From the human T2T-CHM13v2.0 reference genome, Homo sapiens, in assembly GCF_009914755.1 (NCBI RefSeq), contig NC_060936.1: a DNA stretch of 64,000 bases. One strand, 5' to 3'. Of the stretch, positions 1 to 27,174 are shown piece by piece. The notes beneath the pieces were generated by a model. The model ran no database searches. It was not told where the DNA came from and saw only the letters and a program-made list of their open reading frames with translations. Every line of letters starts with the position of its first letter. The stretch's first letter is position 1. The position numbers and the translations under genes were made by a program.

Positions 1-213
1 TTCTTAACACTGATCTCTTCCTGCAGCTGTCTTCATTCCTCAGCTGTTTGTCTGCTGCCTCCCTCATACACCTGCCATGTAAGCTCCCAGCAGAGACCCC
101 GCCTGATTTATCATTTTAAATCCTCCATGTGGAATGAACACATGGGGATCATCATGTGTGACAGTCTTTTGCACCCCAGAATTCCTCACTTGTGCTTTGG
201 TCCATTTCTCTAG

Positions 214-329
214 ACATATATTGGCACCCTCCTTGTGTCTGTGAATCCATACCAGGAGCTCGGAATCTACACTGTGAGCCAGATGGAACTTTATCAAGGG
301 GTCAATTTCTTTGAACTGCCACCACATGT
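214..329 (+). CDS. MYO1H: MYO1H coding exon w1: [39 protein letters not shown]
   Basis: tag| acceptor, |gtaagt donor; myosin TYIG..VNPY and PPH motifs; 116 nt, ends phase 2. Confidence 0.95.
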
Positions 330-406
330 GTAAGTAGCATCCACAGGATCATCACTAGGAGGATTTTTCTTTTTCCCCTTCCTCTCTCTCCTTCCTTCTC
401 ACCACG

Positions 407-627
407 CATCTGTCCATCCATTCATCCAACCATTCATCCATCCATCCATCCATCCATCCATTCATCCATCCATCCATCCATCCATCCGCCCACCCATCCA
501 TTCATCCACCTATCCATCCACCTATCTATCCATCCATCCACATATCCATCCATCCGCCTATCCATCCATCCATTTACCTATCCATCCACCTACCTATCCA
601 TCGATACATCCATCCATCCATCCATCT
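407..627. repeat. (TCCA)n/(CATC)n degenerate tetranucleotide repeat
   Basis: direct reading. Confidence 0.92.
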
Positions 628-1687
628 AAATCCTTGATGCATGTTTATTAGGTTCTGTACCTCATTTAAGCCCTTGCCTTCTTGTGAAGTAAGTATTCCA
701 AAGTAGTAGAAAACTTTAGAGGGTCTTTATGGAATCTCAGCTTAAATATGAAAAGAGGTGCAACCTGTGTGTAACTGCTGAGAAATTTAAGTGTGGCTGG
801 AGAGATGTCTTCTCCGGGAAGAGGGTTGCTATAGTGCCATCTACTGGTGCCTGAGTGTCATAGCGGCTAAGAGGACTGCTCGTTGGTAGAAACTTCCCAG
901 GGCTGTGGAAGCTTAAGAGGTGCAAATTTCTTCATTCCTCTCCCCTATGTATAACCTATGGTAATAATAATTTGTAGATGGTGATTATATTTTTAGTACA
1001 TAACATTTTCTGTTTTATGCAAGTTTTTGAAAATACATACTCGCCTGCAGTATGGCCAGAATTTGTTTTTATGTAATACTATAAGCTGACAGGGTAGAAT
1101 TATTCACCTGAACTCAGATCTCTTGTCTCCAAACACCATGTTTCCTTCTTAACATGTAACTGACTCTGTAAAAACAATCTGTTTAGATTTCTCATTTAAT
1201 TCAGAAGTTAATTAAAAGGGACTGAAATAAAAATTTGCATGTAGTTAGAGATTACTGGTTAGTTACACATTAATTCAGAGTTTCTAGAGCCATTTCACAG
1301 AAGCTAGAAAATATAACCACCTTGATATCAGTTTTCACAAACTTGAGTACGTTTTTAGGCCTTAAAACCTTACCATTTTAAATAATTTCCCTTGTATTTG
1401 AAAATAACGTATAACCCATATTTTCTGCTAAATAATGCCATTTGTTTGTCACTATGCCTGATTGGCCAAATGTTCTAATAGTTATTTAACATTCAAAACA
1501 ATGACTACCAAAAAAAAAAAAGGAAACTTGAGCAATTTTTTCTTGCCCAGGCTTTGCTGAATTTTCTAGTTTTTCTCCCTCTTGACTTCTAGGCTAATAT
1601 TTAGATTCTGCCTCTGTTGTCTTGGTGACTCAGCTATTCCACTTTCTAAGGCACTTATAAGCCTTTCTGCATCACCACCATATATAT

Positions 1688-1975
1688 GTTGAGACAGGGT
1701 CTCGCTTTGTCACCCAGACTGGAGAGCAGTGACACAGTAATGGATCACTGCAGCCTCCACCTCCCAGAGCTCAGGTGATCCTCCAACCTCAGCCTCCTAA
1801 GTAGCCAGGACTACAGGCACACACCACCACCCTGGCTAATTTTTGTAATTTTTATAGAGACAGGGTCTCAGTGTGTTGCCCATGCTGGTCTCGAACTCCT
1901 GGGGCTCAAGCGATCTGCCTGCCTCAGCCTCCGAAAGTGCTGGGATTACAGGGTGTGAGCCACCATGCCCAGCCA
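1688..1975 (-). mobile_element. Alu (J-like)
   Basis: Alu consensus match; TSD-like accaccat on both sides. Confidence 0.9.
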
Positions 1976-2364
1976 CCACCATGTATTAAAAGCCGAAATG
2001 GCTTTGGAACTCTGCCTCGTATTCAGGTTATATTCCTGGGATACCTTCATGCTTTGGTGTCTGATCTTGAAGATAAAGCACTTCTCATAGTTTTACCTCT
2101 TGTCCTAAAGATATCACTGAAGTTTGTTAATCTCTTTGGTTTCCTGCCACTCCATTTTTAGTATTCTAGGTTTTGAGGGAAAAAATACATGAGATCTTAC
2201 TCTATTTATTGAATTGAATTATTTAGTATTTAGACAAGATTGTTATTTTCACCTAGAGTTAATAGAACGTCTCTTGGAGATGTAACTTAGTAGCTGGCTT
2301 ATTCTTATAAAACATGTTGATGGATTAAAAACATAAATTTGGTGAACTTTAAAAAATATTTTCA

Positions 2365-3130
<766 letters not shown>

Positions 3131-3291
3131 TATGGAAAGGGTTTGATATGTGTTTGAGCTCATTGTCCTTGTACCACAGTCTGGATGTGGCTTCCTGGAG
3201 ATGGAGCACCTCATTTTTCTTCTTTGGTGGGTGTCAGAGTCAAGGGAAGTACCATTAAAACGAATTTGTTTCCGTCTCACTCCTCCTCCAG

Positions 3292-3490
3292 CTACGCTAT
3301 AGCCGACAACGCTTACCGAATGATGTGTGCTGAACTAAATAACCATTTCATCCTCATTTCTGGAGAGAGTGGGGCAGGGAAAACAGAGGCCTCCAAGAAA
3401 ATTCTCGAGTATTTTGCAGTGACCTGCCCAATGACCCAGTCACTACAAATAGCCCGTGACAGACTGCTGTTCTCCAACCCAGTGCTGGAG
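3292..3490 (+). CDS. MYO1H: MYO1H exon w2 with P-loop ([20 protein letters not shown])
   Basis: ccag| and |gtaagc; 199 nt; GESGAGKT. Confidence 0.97.
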
Positions 3491-3699
3491 GTAAGCGATC
3501 TCTGGGGACCAATCGAAGGGAGTTCCAGGGAGGTCACTAAGTGAGACAAATCCTGTCTGGGCAGGTCAGTCAAAATGGGCAGGTCACTGTTAAGAAAAGA
3601 GGTCACACAGATAGTGTCACAGTTAAGGGTGTGACCTGGAACTAAGCCCATTTCCCCATTTGTTGAATGGGTCTGCTTATAGTACCTACCTTTTAAGAC

Positions 3700-4033
3700 A
3701 TTTGGTTTTTGTTTTGTTTTCGTTTTTTTTTTTTTTTTTTTTTTTTTTTGAGACGGAGTCTCTCTCCGTCACCCAGGCCTGGAGTACAGTGGCACAATCT
3801 CGGCTCACAGAAACCTCCGCCTCCTGAGTTTAAGCAATTCTCCTGCTTCAGCTTCCCAAGTAGCTGGCACTATAGGCACGTACCATCATTCCCAGCTAAT
3901 TTTTGCATTTTTAGTAGAGACGGGGTTTCGCCATGTTGGCCAGGCTAGTCTGGAACTCCTGACCTCAGGTGACCTTCCCTGCATCAGCCTCCCAAAGTGC
4001 TGTAATTACAGGCGTGAGCCACCACACCCAGCC
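3700..4033 (-). mobile_element. AluS
   Basis: Alu consensus with poly-T. Confidence 0.9.
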
Positions 4034-4636
4034 TAAGAAGTTTTGAGGCTTAAGTGAAACAGATGCACAAAAAACACACAGCAGAATTAGGAAGCACCAA
4101 AAATAATGTATTATTTATTAATAGTTTTCTTATTATTGAGTTAAAATTATTTTGGTTATGATTACTTCCACTATTGCAATTCACTGACTTGCTGAACAAG
4201 TCATTTTCTCCTGTGTTTTTGTGGCCCTTTCTATAAATGAAGATGTTTATAGTTGAAGGAATTTTCCCAGTGGACCCTTTGAGCAGAGCAACGGTGGTAT
4301 AAAAAGGGGTCTGGTGATGGGGGCTGTCCACTGTACCTTCTAGAACAGCATGGGGCTAGGGTTCTATGTACCCCTCCTGAGACCATTTCCAATATATTCC
4401 TAATTGGATTCTAGGAAGAAGATATTGTTCCCCTTTTCTCCCCGGGTCCAGATCTAGTGTTTGGCATTAAATTCTCTGTAGTTAGCGATTCCTTCTTAGA
4501 AGATAAAGCATGCCTTTCCTCCCTGGCTCCTTCCGCTCTCTCTCCTCCATTTTTGTAATAAGTGTATTATTTGGGGTCAGGAATTTGATACGCATGGTGA
4601 GCTTAAATGACAGTGAATGACACTTTGTATTCCAAG

Positions 4637-4717
4637 GCTTTTGGAAATGCCAGAACGCTCCGGAATGACAACTCCAGCAGATTTGGGAAGTACATGGATA
4701 TACAATTTGATTTTCAG
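4637..4717 (+). CDS. MYO1H: MYO1H exon w3 with switch I ([27 protein letters not shown])
   Basis: aag| and |gtacac; 81 nt; this frame is absent from the ORF track. Confidence 0.96.
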
Positions 4718-4859
4718 GTACACTGAAGCTCCTATTACTGGTTCATGGGGACCCCTTATTTTGCCAGTGACGGAACCCAAGCCAAGGCCCCTTAAGGGGA
4801 GAACGGCATTTTTTGGCTCAAGCTATTTAAAAAAATATCCAGGGTTAGTGCTGGTTTTA

Positions 4860-5875
<1,016 letters not shown>

Positions 5876-6079
5876 CACAGAAGTGGGGCTAAGGCAAGCA
5901 GGAAAGGAAGGCAGAATTCTCAAGGGCTCATAATTCCAAGCGGTAAAATGACACATGGGGGAGCAGCAGCTGTATGAGCACGGAGCTCAATGTTGAGGAC
6001 AAACTGGCTAAAGGATTTCTCAGAGGCTGGGATGTGGGCCTCTGGTGGAGTGGATTTGGAAAGAAATTTAATAGCTATG

Positions 6080-7930
<1,851 letters not shown>

Positions 7931-7998
7931 ATCAGGAGATGCCAGGAAGAGAGTGGTTTGATTGTTGTCACTGCTGCAATTTTTGTTCTGTTTTGAAG

Positions 7999-8178
7999 GG
8001 CATTCCCGTAGGTGGGCATATCATCAGTTACTTGATAGAGAAGTCCCGAGTTGTCTACCAAAACGAAGGCGAGCGGAATTTCCACATCTTCTACCAGCTG
8101 CTGGCAGGTGGCGAAGAGGAGCGCCTGTCTTACCTGGGACTCGAGCGAGACCCCCAGCTGTATAAATACCTCTCACAG
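7999..8178 (+). CDS. MYO1H: MYO1H exon w4 ([33 protein letters not shown])
   Basis: aag| and |gtggga; 180 nt. Confidence 0.95.
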
Positions 8179-8392
8179 GTGGGAAGGACCAGCACCTGGC
8201 TTTGGTGACTCTTTGGAGCAGGGGATCAGAGATGTTTCTACGTGCTGCTGTAGGATGTTTGAGACATTCTATTACCATCCTGCTATGTGTCCTATTGGCT
8301 GATTTCTCCATATATATATCACAAGCAATCTAATCCATCTCCTCTTATGCCTGGCAGCTATATCACCTTGGTAAAGTAACCAATGTCTAGGT

Positions 8393-8936
<544 letters not shown>

Positions 8937-9391
8937 TGAACTACTTTTGAAAAGATCTTTTCCCGCATTCCTGCCTTCCACCTTGACAAATGTTTGCTGC
9001 CAAATGAACACACCACCTTACAGAAATAGTTCAAGCTATTCCTATAAACAAGCCTAGAGTCTAGTGTTATAAAATTGACTGTCAGAATATAACCCTGCAA
9101 TATTTGTTTTTCTGCAGCCTGCACTAGCGTCCTACAATGCCCAGATTGTAAGGCACGTCTCAGCATTTGATGTCATTAACACCTTTTTAGTCCCAACATT
9201 TTTTTTATTTTTCTCTTCTCACTTGGCCTGGCTTTGAATGGAGGCCACCTTGTAGAATGTAGATGAAGGCATCATTTAAGAGAGAAAATGAGGTCTTATA
9301 AAATGAATCTCATAAAATGAGGATCAACACTTTCTAGAAATCATGGAAGAAAAGAAGCCTTGACAAAAGTTCACCTTGAAAAATGAAGGCA

Positions 9392-9530
9392 GGCTGGGGC
9401 ACGGTGGCTCACACCTGTATCCCAACACTTTGGGAGGCCAAGGCAGGAGGATCGCTTGAGTCCAGGAGTTTAAGACCGGCCTGGGCAATGTAGCAAGACC
9501 CCATCTCTAAATGTATTTTAAAAATAGAAA
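9392..9530 (+). mobile_element. FLAM / Alu left monomer
   Basis: monomer only; flanked by repeated gaaaaatgaagg. Confidence 0.8.
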
Positions 9531-10102
9531 TAAGAAAAATGAAGGTAAATAGTGAAAAGAAAGAATCTCATAATCTAATTTTATACTAAGCAAACTCAAC
9601 TAATTACTAGAACAAAGAATAAATCAAATGTGATGTTTTTTTCTTTTTGGAGGGCTTAATTTTCCCAACAAAGCTGTATGGTCGCATCATGATTGTATTC
9701 CCATAGCATGACCAGAAAGGGTCAATTTGTAAAAATATTTGAGGCCTCATCCATTTTCCCAAGGGCTTCTCTAACCCTTTGATAAATCCTTCTCTTTTAG
9801 AATATATCGTGTCTTTATTCCTGTAGATTTTTTTATGGCCACATTAATTCAACTAGATCTTTATACATCAGGGGCTTTGGAAATGGGTCTAGCAATTTGC
9901 CACTATTATTTTAAAACCAATTTCATGATCTCTCATAACTTTGGTAAACTTTATGGCTTCACTCTGCAGTATATTCCCACTGCTTTCAAACCAACAGGTT
10001 TTGGAGAGGGACTGATTTGCATAAACCCATCCCTTCAGGGGCAGGAGCAGATGTTGCTGGTTGTGCGGGAAGGTTTGTGAGGCTGCAAATTTTATATCGG
10101 CC

Positions 10103-10153
10103 ACTTTAAGTTTTAGGGTACATGTGCACAACGTGCAGGTTAGTTACATATGT
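10103..10153 (-). mobile_element. Tiny young L1PA 3'-end fragment
   Basis: actttaagttttagggtacatgtgcacaacgtgcaggttagttacatatgt matches the young L1PA 3' terminus. Confidence 0.85.
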
Positions 10154-10887
10154 AAAAAAAAATTTTTATATCGGTCACTTCACTAGGAAATATTTTCATG
10201 GTATGACACATCTGATTTCCCCCATGCAATGAAGAAATCTTTTAAGAAAACAGATCTTCAGATAATTAGGAAACTAGGAACACCCTGTACCACAAAAGCA
10301 AAATAATACAAAACATTTGTCTAGAATGTTTTCTCTTTAAATCAGTCTGTTATTTAAAAGACAACTTCTGGAGTTCATGGGGAAAATCTCTGCTTGTGAT
10401 CATTTTCACAAAACCTCTGTTTCTCTAAATGCTAGCCTTTTATTTCCTTGCAGGAAAGGCTTCTTTCATCTAGTCCTGCAGTGAAATTTTTGTTGGCAAT
10501 CTCTAAGTGAGTCAGGAGTTTCTGATTTTAAGCACTTTAATATTCCTGCATATTTCAGCAGATATTTCTTGAGACAAACAGCTTCAATTTATTTAGCAAA
10601 AATGATAAGAAAACTATGTTTAAAAACACATACAAAAAGATACACCACTTACATGTAACTTGGAATGTTTTCCCAGAACAGAGATTTTTAAACAAAATTC
10701 CAAATAAATTTGAAAAAAAGCAACAGTTGTCAGATCATTACATGCTAGACAATTAGAGTAAAACCTATTTTTGATTCGCAATTCAGTACATTATATAGGA
10801 CTAGCTTTTGCATCTTCAGAGAGGAATAGACATGCTTAATTGCCCCTATAAAAATGACATTAAGTGACTCAAACTTTTTGTCAACAG

Positions 10888-10986
10888 GGTCATTGTGCCA
10901 AAGAGTCATCCATTAGTGACAAGAATGACTGGAAAACTGTTTCCAACGCCTTTTCTGTCATTGATTTTACTGAAGCTGACCTCGAG
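10888..10986 (+). CDS. MYO1H: MYO1H exon w5 (GHCAKESSISDKNDWKTVSNAFSVIDFTEADLE)
   Basis: cag| and |gtacgt; 99 nt. Confidence 0.93.
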
Positions 10987-11067
10987 GTACGTGCTTTTGC
11001 AGCAGAACTGATAGTTCCCCCTGGGACTGAGGAAACATTCCTAATTTCTTGGTGTTTGCAGAATACA

Positions 11068-11572
<505 letters not shown>

Positions 11573-11834
11573 GTTTTCCTAATATTGTGTGCAAGGAGGA
11601 AGAGTCAGTTTTTTTTCTCCTGTAAAGTAAGTCCAGTCTCAACAATTTAGGTGCCATAGAATTACAAGATTCTCATTTATTGAGGCTTCTGTTTTGGTAC
11701 AAACTAGAACAAATTATAGAATTTATAAACAATTTGTTTTTACATCTTTTTGTCTTTTTTTTTTTTTCATTTTGATTGTTAAACTATCAGTCTTTCAAGG
11801 GCCAGAATGTAATTTAAAAACAGCTGTATTTGAA

Positions 11835-12524
<690 letters not shown>

Positions 12525-12826
12525 TTATAAAAGTGTTTTATTTTATGAAAAATCCATTTATGTATTTGTTGTTGTTATATGAAAATAAAGTGTTTCCTGC
12601 TGGACACTGAATGAGGCTGTTTCCCTCTTCCCTTAGCACCTGAAGTGAATAACAGGGCTGATTTCTGAGGAAGCAGGAGGGCTTGGTTCTGTGAGCTCAG
12701 GTGTGGAATTGGGACGGGGGCATTTTTCCTTCAGGTGTCTCCACTAATGACATGTATCAATTAGGCGGCCACCGTTCTCTTTCCCTGTCCTGATCTCCTG
12801 TCTCTGAACACTTCCCATGTTCCTAG

Positions 12827-12940
12827 AATCTCTTTGGAATTATTGCCAGTGTCTTACACCTGGGGAACATTGGTTTTGAAGAAGACGACCAAGGCTGTGC
12901 CACTATCCCAGACACCCATGAGATCAAGTGGATAGCCAAG
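12827..12940 (+). CDS. MYO1H: MYO1H exon w6 (NLFGIIASVLHLGNIGF..WIAK)
   Basis: tag| and |gtgatg; 114 nt; LHLGN motif. Confidence 0.93.
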
Positions 12941-13202
12941 GTGATGCTCCTCTTTTGGAGAGGACAGAAGGAGGGGGATGGGTGGGAGAGAAGAGCGAGG
13001 TAGCTGGGTGCCCACAGTTAGGCCCAAATATCTGGTGCCGTGCTGTTTTGGCTGATATTGGTTAGGAGGTTTAAAGAGTGGGGGTTTGAAGGAGAGGGCA
13101 GGAGTAAAAGCCAGTTGGTTGAGGGAGCTATTGTGGCCTGTTTTGTAATAACGCACAATGATCAGTCTGGGCAGATAACCCTGGGCCTGGATACTCTATG
13201 AA

Positions 13203-13630
13203 CTCTTTATAAGTTAGTGAGTAGGCCGGGCGCAATGGCTCATGCCTGTGATCCCAGTGCTTTGGGAGGCCAAGGCAGGAGGATCGCTTGAGGCCAGAAA
13301 TTCAAGGCTGCAGTGAGCCATGATCATGCCACTGCACTCCAGCCTGGGCAACATAGTGAGACCTTATCTCTAAAAAAAAAAAAAAAAAAAAAAAAAAATT
13401 AGCTATGAATGGTGGCACACACCTGTAGTCCCAGCTACTCAGGAGGCTAAGGTAGGAGGATCACTTCAGCCCGGGAGGTGGAGGTTGCAGTGAGCTGAGA
13501 TTGTGCCACTGCACTCCAGCCTGGGTGACAGAGTGAGACCTTGTCTGAAAAAAAGTTACAATGAGCTATGATTGTGCCACCACATTCCCACCTGGGTAAC
13601 AGAGCCATACCTTGTCTCTAAAAAAATAAT
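13203..13630 (+). mobile_element. Compound Alu (rearranged monomers)
   Basis: monomer, long A tract, right monomer, then an extra 3' fragment. Confidence 0.82.
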
Positions 13631-13686
13631 AAAAAGCAAGTAAAACTGCGTCACTGAATAGCATTCTGGATTTCTTTTACATGCAG

Positions 13687-13758
13687 CTCCTGGGGGTCCA
13701 CCCATCAGTCCTTCTGGAAGCTCTCACCCACAGAAAAATTGAAGCCAAAACTGAGGAG
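13687..13758 (+). CDS. MYO1H: MYO1H exon w7 (LLGVHPSVLLEALTHRKIEAKTEE)
   Basis: cag| and |gtaaaa; 72 nt; acidic residue at the TEDS position (16 aa before DAMAK). Confidence 0.93.
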
Positions 13759-13989
13759 GTAAAAATGGCTATAGGTGGAAATGTGCCAGCCCTCTCTGCT
13801 GCTGCTGCCTCCCTCGATAACAGCAGGGTGGTGGCCTCAGGGGAGGCCAAACCTTTGATCCTAGCTCACCAGGCCCTGCGTGGTCCAGCTCCTGTGGAGT
13901 GTCCTGCCTCATCTTCCCCCATCACCATCACCACCACCACACCAATGCTAGCAATCCACACCTCATACTGTCTATGTCTTCCCTCCACA

Positions 13990-14310
13990 GGAGTCTTTGC
14001 ACATGCTATTCCTTCTGCTGGAACACTGTTCCCGGTGCTTTATCTAGTTAACTCCTCTTCATCCTTCATTTCCTGGGGGTCACTTCCTCAAGGAGCCTTC
14101 TCTGATCCTCCCACCTCTACGTCAAAGCACCCTATGTATCTCTTGTAGCCCTTTCAACATGACTGTGATTCTTTGAATGTCTCTCCATCCCTCCCTACCC
14201 TCAAATGAACTGTGTGCCCATGAAGGTCAGGACTGTGTGTCTGGGTTACAGCTGTATCTCGGCAGCCCAGCACAGTGCCTGGCACACATGGGCACTCAAG
14301 AAAGAGCCAT
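13990..14310 (+). mobile_element. L2 3' fragment
   Basis: cccagcacagtgcctggcacacatgggcactcaa L2 tail motif. Confidence 0.7.
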
Positions 14311-14384
14311 CATATGAACCAAAGACAAGAGTAGCATCTTCCCAGCATGTATCCTTTGCCAGTCATCATTAAACACTAGTTCAA

Positions 14385-15992
<1,608 letters not shown>

Positions 15993-16087
15993 TGAAATAA
16001 ATACATCATCTTTAAATACCCACCCTGGCCTGAGGGTACTTGGTCCTCTTACTTGGATAGGCATCTTCTTGTCTGTCTATAGGTCCT

Positions 16088-16162
16088 TTTCTCCTTCTCC
16101 TTCTCCTCCTTCTTCTCCTTCTTCTTCTTCTTCTTCTTCTTTTTTTTTTTTTTTTTTTTTTT
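16088..16162. repeat. (CTT/CCT)n plus poly-T pyrimidine tract
   Basis: direct reading. Confidence 0.9.
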
Positions 16163-16445
16163 GATTGTACATGGGCTTGGGAGGCTGAGGACACCTGAAG
16201 CAAAGAAGTGAATCAGAAGGGGAAGGTCTGACTACACAGGTGATGGCTATGGAAGCTGCAGTGGGATCTGAGCAGGCAGGAGCAGCAGGCTGGGGAAATT
16301 ACTTCCACCCAAAGATTTTCCGCATTGTTGGAGACAGAGGACATATGAGCTTTAGCGCCAAGTCCCAGTTTAGGGGAGCAGCAACAGTTTTGAGTAGCAC
16401 AAAGGAAAAGACCTAACTATGAATGGGGTGTGTTATTTTGACCAG

Positions 16446-16513
16446 GATTTCACCAGGAAAACTGTAATTGGATTACTGGACATCTATGGGTTTGAAGTCT
16501 TTGACAAGAATGG
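16446..16513 (+). CDS. MYO1H: MYO1H exon w9 with switch II (DFTRKTVIGLLDIYGFEVFDKNG)
   Basis: cag| and |gtatgt; 68 nt; DIYGFE. Confidence 0.92.
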
Positions 16514-16851
16514 GTATGTTTTGTCATTACCTACCTATCTGTCTTTTGCCCTTTTTTAAGATTTCAGTCGAGATTTAAATCTTTCGCTAATGTTACTAGA
16601 TTGATTTCCCTGTCCCCAGAAAGTCTCTAGATTTACATAGTTTCTAACTCACAGACCATCCTAGATGTGGTCTAACCATAAAAATGCAAATATATTTTCA
16701 CTTGACTCTTATGATCTATTTAGTAAATTATTTTATTAATGAGGACTTTGCTTTTTCTTTATTAAAAAGTATGCCTAAAAAGAATATAATTTGTTTAAAA
16801 AAATTGTTCTCTTCATATAACTTTAGTTACTTAAATCTTTTGTATCTCTAG

Positions 16852-16957
16852 TTTTGAACAGTTCTGTATAAATTACTGCAATGAGAAACTCCAGCAACTG
16901 TTAATTGAGAGGACTCTAAAAGCAGAACAGGCAGAATATGAAATGGAAGGCATAGAG
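16852..16957 (+). CDS. MYO1H: MYO1H exon w10, relay helix ([19 protein letters not shown])
   Basis: tag| and |gtaaac; 106 nt. Confidence 0.96.
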
Positions 16958-17029
16958 GTAAACATTTTGATGTTTTCTCCTCATCTGATTTCTTCATCTA
17001 GCTAAAGACTTCTTTTTTTAATTTAATTA

Positions 17030-18290
<1,261 letters not shown>

Positions 18291-18795
18291 ACACCTGTAA
18301 TTTTTAAGATGCCAACTAAATGGTATCATTCTTGAGGACGAAAAATAGGAAATAGAAAAATGAACTTAAGAAATATAAAAGCTTCGACTTAACTGGTTTT
18401 ATACCTTTCTTTCCATGAGGGCTTTTCTTCTACAACAAGAGTCTGTACACATGGTAATCATGGTCAGTGATGACTGGTTTAGAGAAAACGAGGTTGGCAT
18501 TAAGCTGGTCATAGTAGCTGTGTGGAGTATCCTTGGGAAGACTTTGAGTCAGATGGTCAGAGTGTTGCCTTTTCATGGGATATTCAGGCCCTCTGGTTCC
18601 ATGGTCCCCTTATCAAATCTTAGAAGCCAGACACGTGGATTAAGCCCCTTTCTTCCCCCCAGAATGTTCACCTGCACTTACATGAATTGACAGTCTTTTA
18701 GTCCAGTACTTTCTGTTCCAGCTGGTGAAAGCATTTAAACTTGGCATTGATGGAGTGTGGTGCTGTGGATTGAGGCTTCTCTTTTTCTTTTGAAG

Positions 18796-18887
18796 GATGA
18801 AGAATGCATTCGGCCTGGTCCTGCTACAGACTTGAGTTTCCTGGAGAAATTGGAAGAGAAAGTGGGCAAACATGCACACTTCGAAAC
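18796..18887 (+). CDS. MYO1H: MYO1H exon w12 ([31 protein letters not shown])
   Basis: aag| and |gtacat; 92 nt. Confidence 0.94.
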
Positions 18888-19057
18888 GTACATACTTTAT
18901 TTTACCAGATTTTGCATGGGGGAAGATGATTGTGTCTCCATTTTCTTTAGTATTTGGATAATGTTCTTCAAGAGAACAACTACTTCATACATAAAAATAT
19001 CTTTATGTATACCACTCATAGATGTGCCAGACCTTTGTTAGTAGAAATTAAACCTAA

Positions 19058-22400
<3,343 letters not shown>

Positions 22401-22430
22401 GTTCAGCTCGTGTCTATTTCTGTCTCGTAG

Positions 22431-22525
22431 CCGTAAGCTGGCTGGTCCAAAGGGCCGAAAGAGGATTGGCTGGATGGAGTTCCGACTCCTCCACTATGCA
22501 GGAGAGGTCACATACTGCACCAAGG
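22431..22525 (+). CDS. MYO1H: MYO1H exon w13 (RKLAGPKGRKRIGWMEFRLLHYAGEVTYCTKG)
   Basis: tag| and |gtgagt; 95 nt; HYAG motif. Confidence 0.95.
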
Positions 22526-22679
22526 GTGAGTGGCCGTGGGGTACAGGTGACAGCCATGTATATGCCCAGCCTGGTGTCTTACAATAAGCTCCGAGTCCAT
22601 GCAGGAAATGGTGCACAGCCATCCCAAACGTTCCCTAACCTCGCGTTCAAGCCATTTGAAAAAGTCTTTCTAATTGTAT

Positions 22680-25755
<3,076 letters not shown>

Positions 25756-26097
25756 TATTTTTACTTTTAAATAAGAGTATATTTCTAAGAATCTTTTAAA
25801 AAGTAATTACACATACAGGTATTAGGGTTTTTTTTCTTTGAATGCAAAGTGACAAAAAGAAAAAATTTTTAAAAAGGATGAGTCTCTTTGTGCAGATAAT
25901 CCGTTTATTTTTGTTTAAAGAATAAAGATAATACACATGTAGAGCTATAAACTGCTGACAGCACAGAAAGGAACAAAAGGAAAACTCAAATGCCTTTTAC
26001 TCTCAGTGTCTCCTTTGGGGGGACCACAATAATAAACAGTTTCTTGTAACTACTTCCAGGAAAATAGAAATGTTTTCTGCATATACCTATGTGAGGA

Positions 26098-26099
26098 TA

Positions 26100-26127
<28 letters not shown>
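26098..26127. repeat. (CA)n microsatellite
   Basis: direct reading. Confidence 0.93.
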
Positions 26128-26130
<3 letters not shown>

Positions 26131-27174
26131 TCATACTCATTCACTCTACCTTGATCTCACTTTTTTCCATGTGTTGGTGGGGAGTTTTCCATGTGCCGGG
26201 TGCTAGGCAGATGTGGTGGGGCGGGGGCATCGTGGATAAGGAAATCTGATTCTCTTACCATCTGCTCTGAGTTTTTCTACTTCTCTGTAGCACCAGGAAT
26301 TGTGTCATCCTCATATTTGGGTTCTGGGATATTTCTGGTAATAATCTCATGGTATATTATTTGATTTTGGCTTTCTGTGGGGGGAGTGAAGCCAGCTTGC
26401 TTCTATGCCACCATTTTTTTTCTTAAACACTTTTGATGCATGCCTTTTTAAAATTTTTATTTAATCATTTTTCTGGAAACAGGGTTTCACTTTGTTGCCT
26501 AGACTGGAGTACAGTGCGCAATCGTGGCTCACTGCAGTCTTGACTTCCTGGGCTCAAGCAATCCTCCTACCTCAGCTCCCCAAGTAGCTGGGACTACAGG
26601 CATGCACCACCACACGCAGCTAAGTTTTTAAAAATATTTGTGTAGAGACAGGCTAGTCTCAGACTCACTATGTTGCGCAGGCTAGTCTCAAACTCCTAGG
26701 CTCGAGCTATCCTCCTACCTCAGCCTTCCAAAGTGCTGGGATCACAGGCATGAGACACCATGCTTGGCTCCTCCCCCAACTTAAAAAAAAAAAAAATCTG
26801 GTTTTGCCTTTATAATGCCATTTACTTTCTAATGTAATTATTAACTGATTAAGTTTTAGGTAGACAGATAAGCCAAGTTTTAAACCTGGAAATGACATGT
26901 CTGTCTTTGCCTGAAGATGCTGTTGGGTACCACCAGCCATGGTGCTTGAGTTTGTTTTTTCTCAGTCGTGGGGAATTTTCTCATCTATTTAGAGTCCCAG
27001 CTGGCTGTCCTTGAAGTTCAGTGCCACTCTGTTTCTGTATATTCAGTGTATTTGTGTTTCTTTGCTATTGGACTAGGGCAAGTGTGCAATACTTAGTGTA
27101 AAGACTATGCATATTTATACGACAGCTCATCAGGATTGAGTATAGCATTTGTGCCACGAGTTCAGTTCTGAGGA

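Noticed and set aside
13681-14148. 155-aa ORF starting at an ATG just before exon w7
   Set aside because: The ATG lies in the acceptor (atgcag). After 24 real codons the frame runs into intron and L2-derived sequence.
16012-16203. Poly-Lys/Arg, protamine-like ORF
   Set aside because: Translation of a poly-T/(CTT)n tract.
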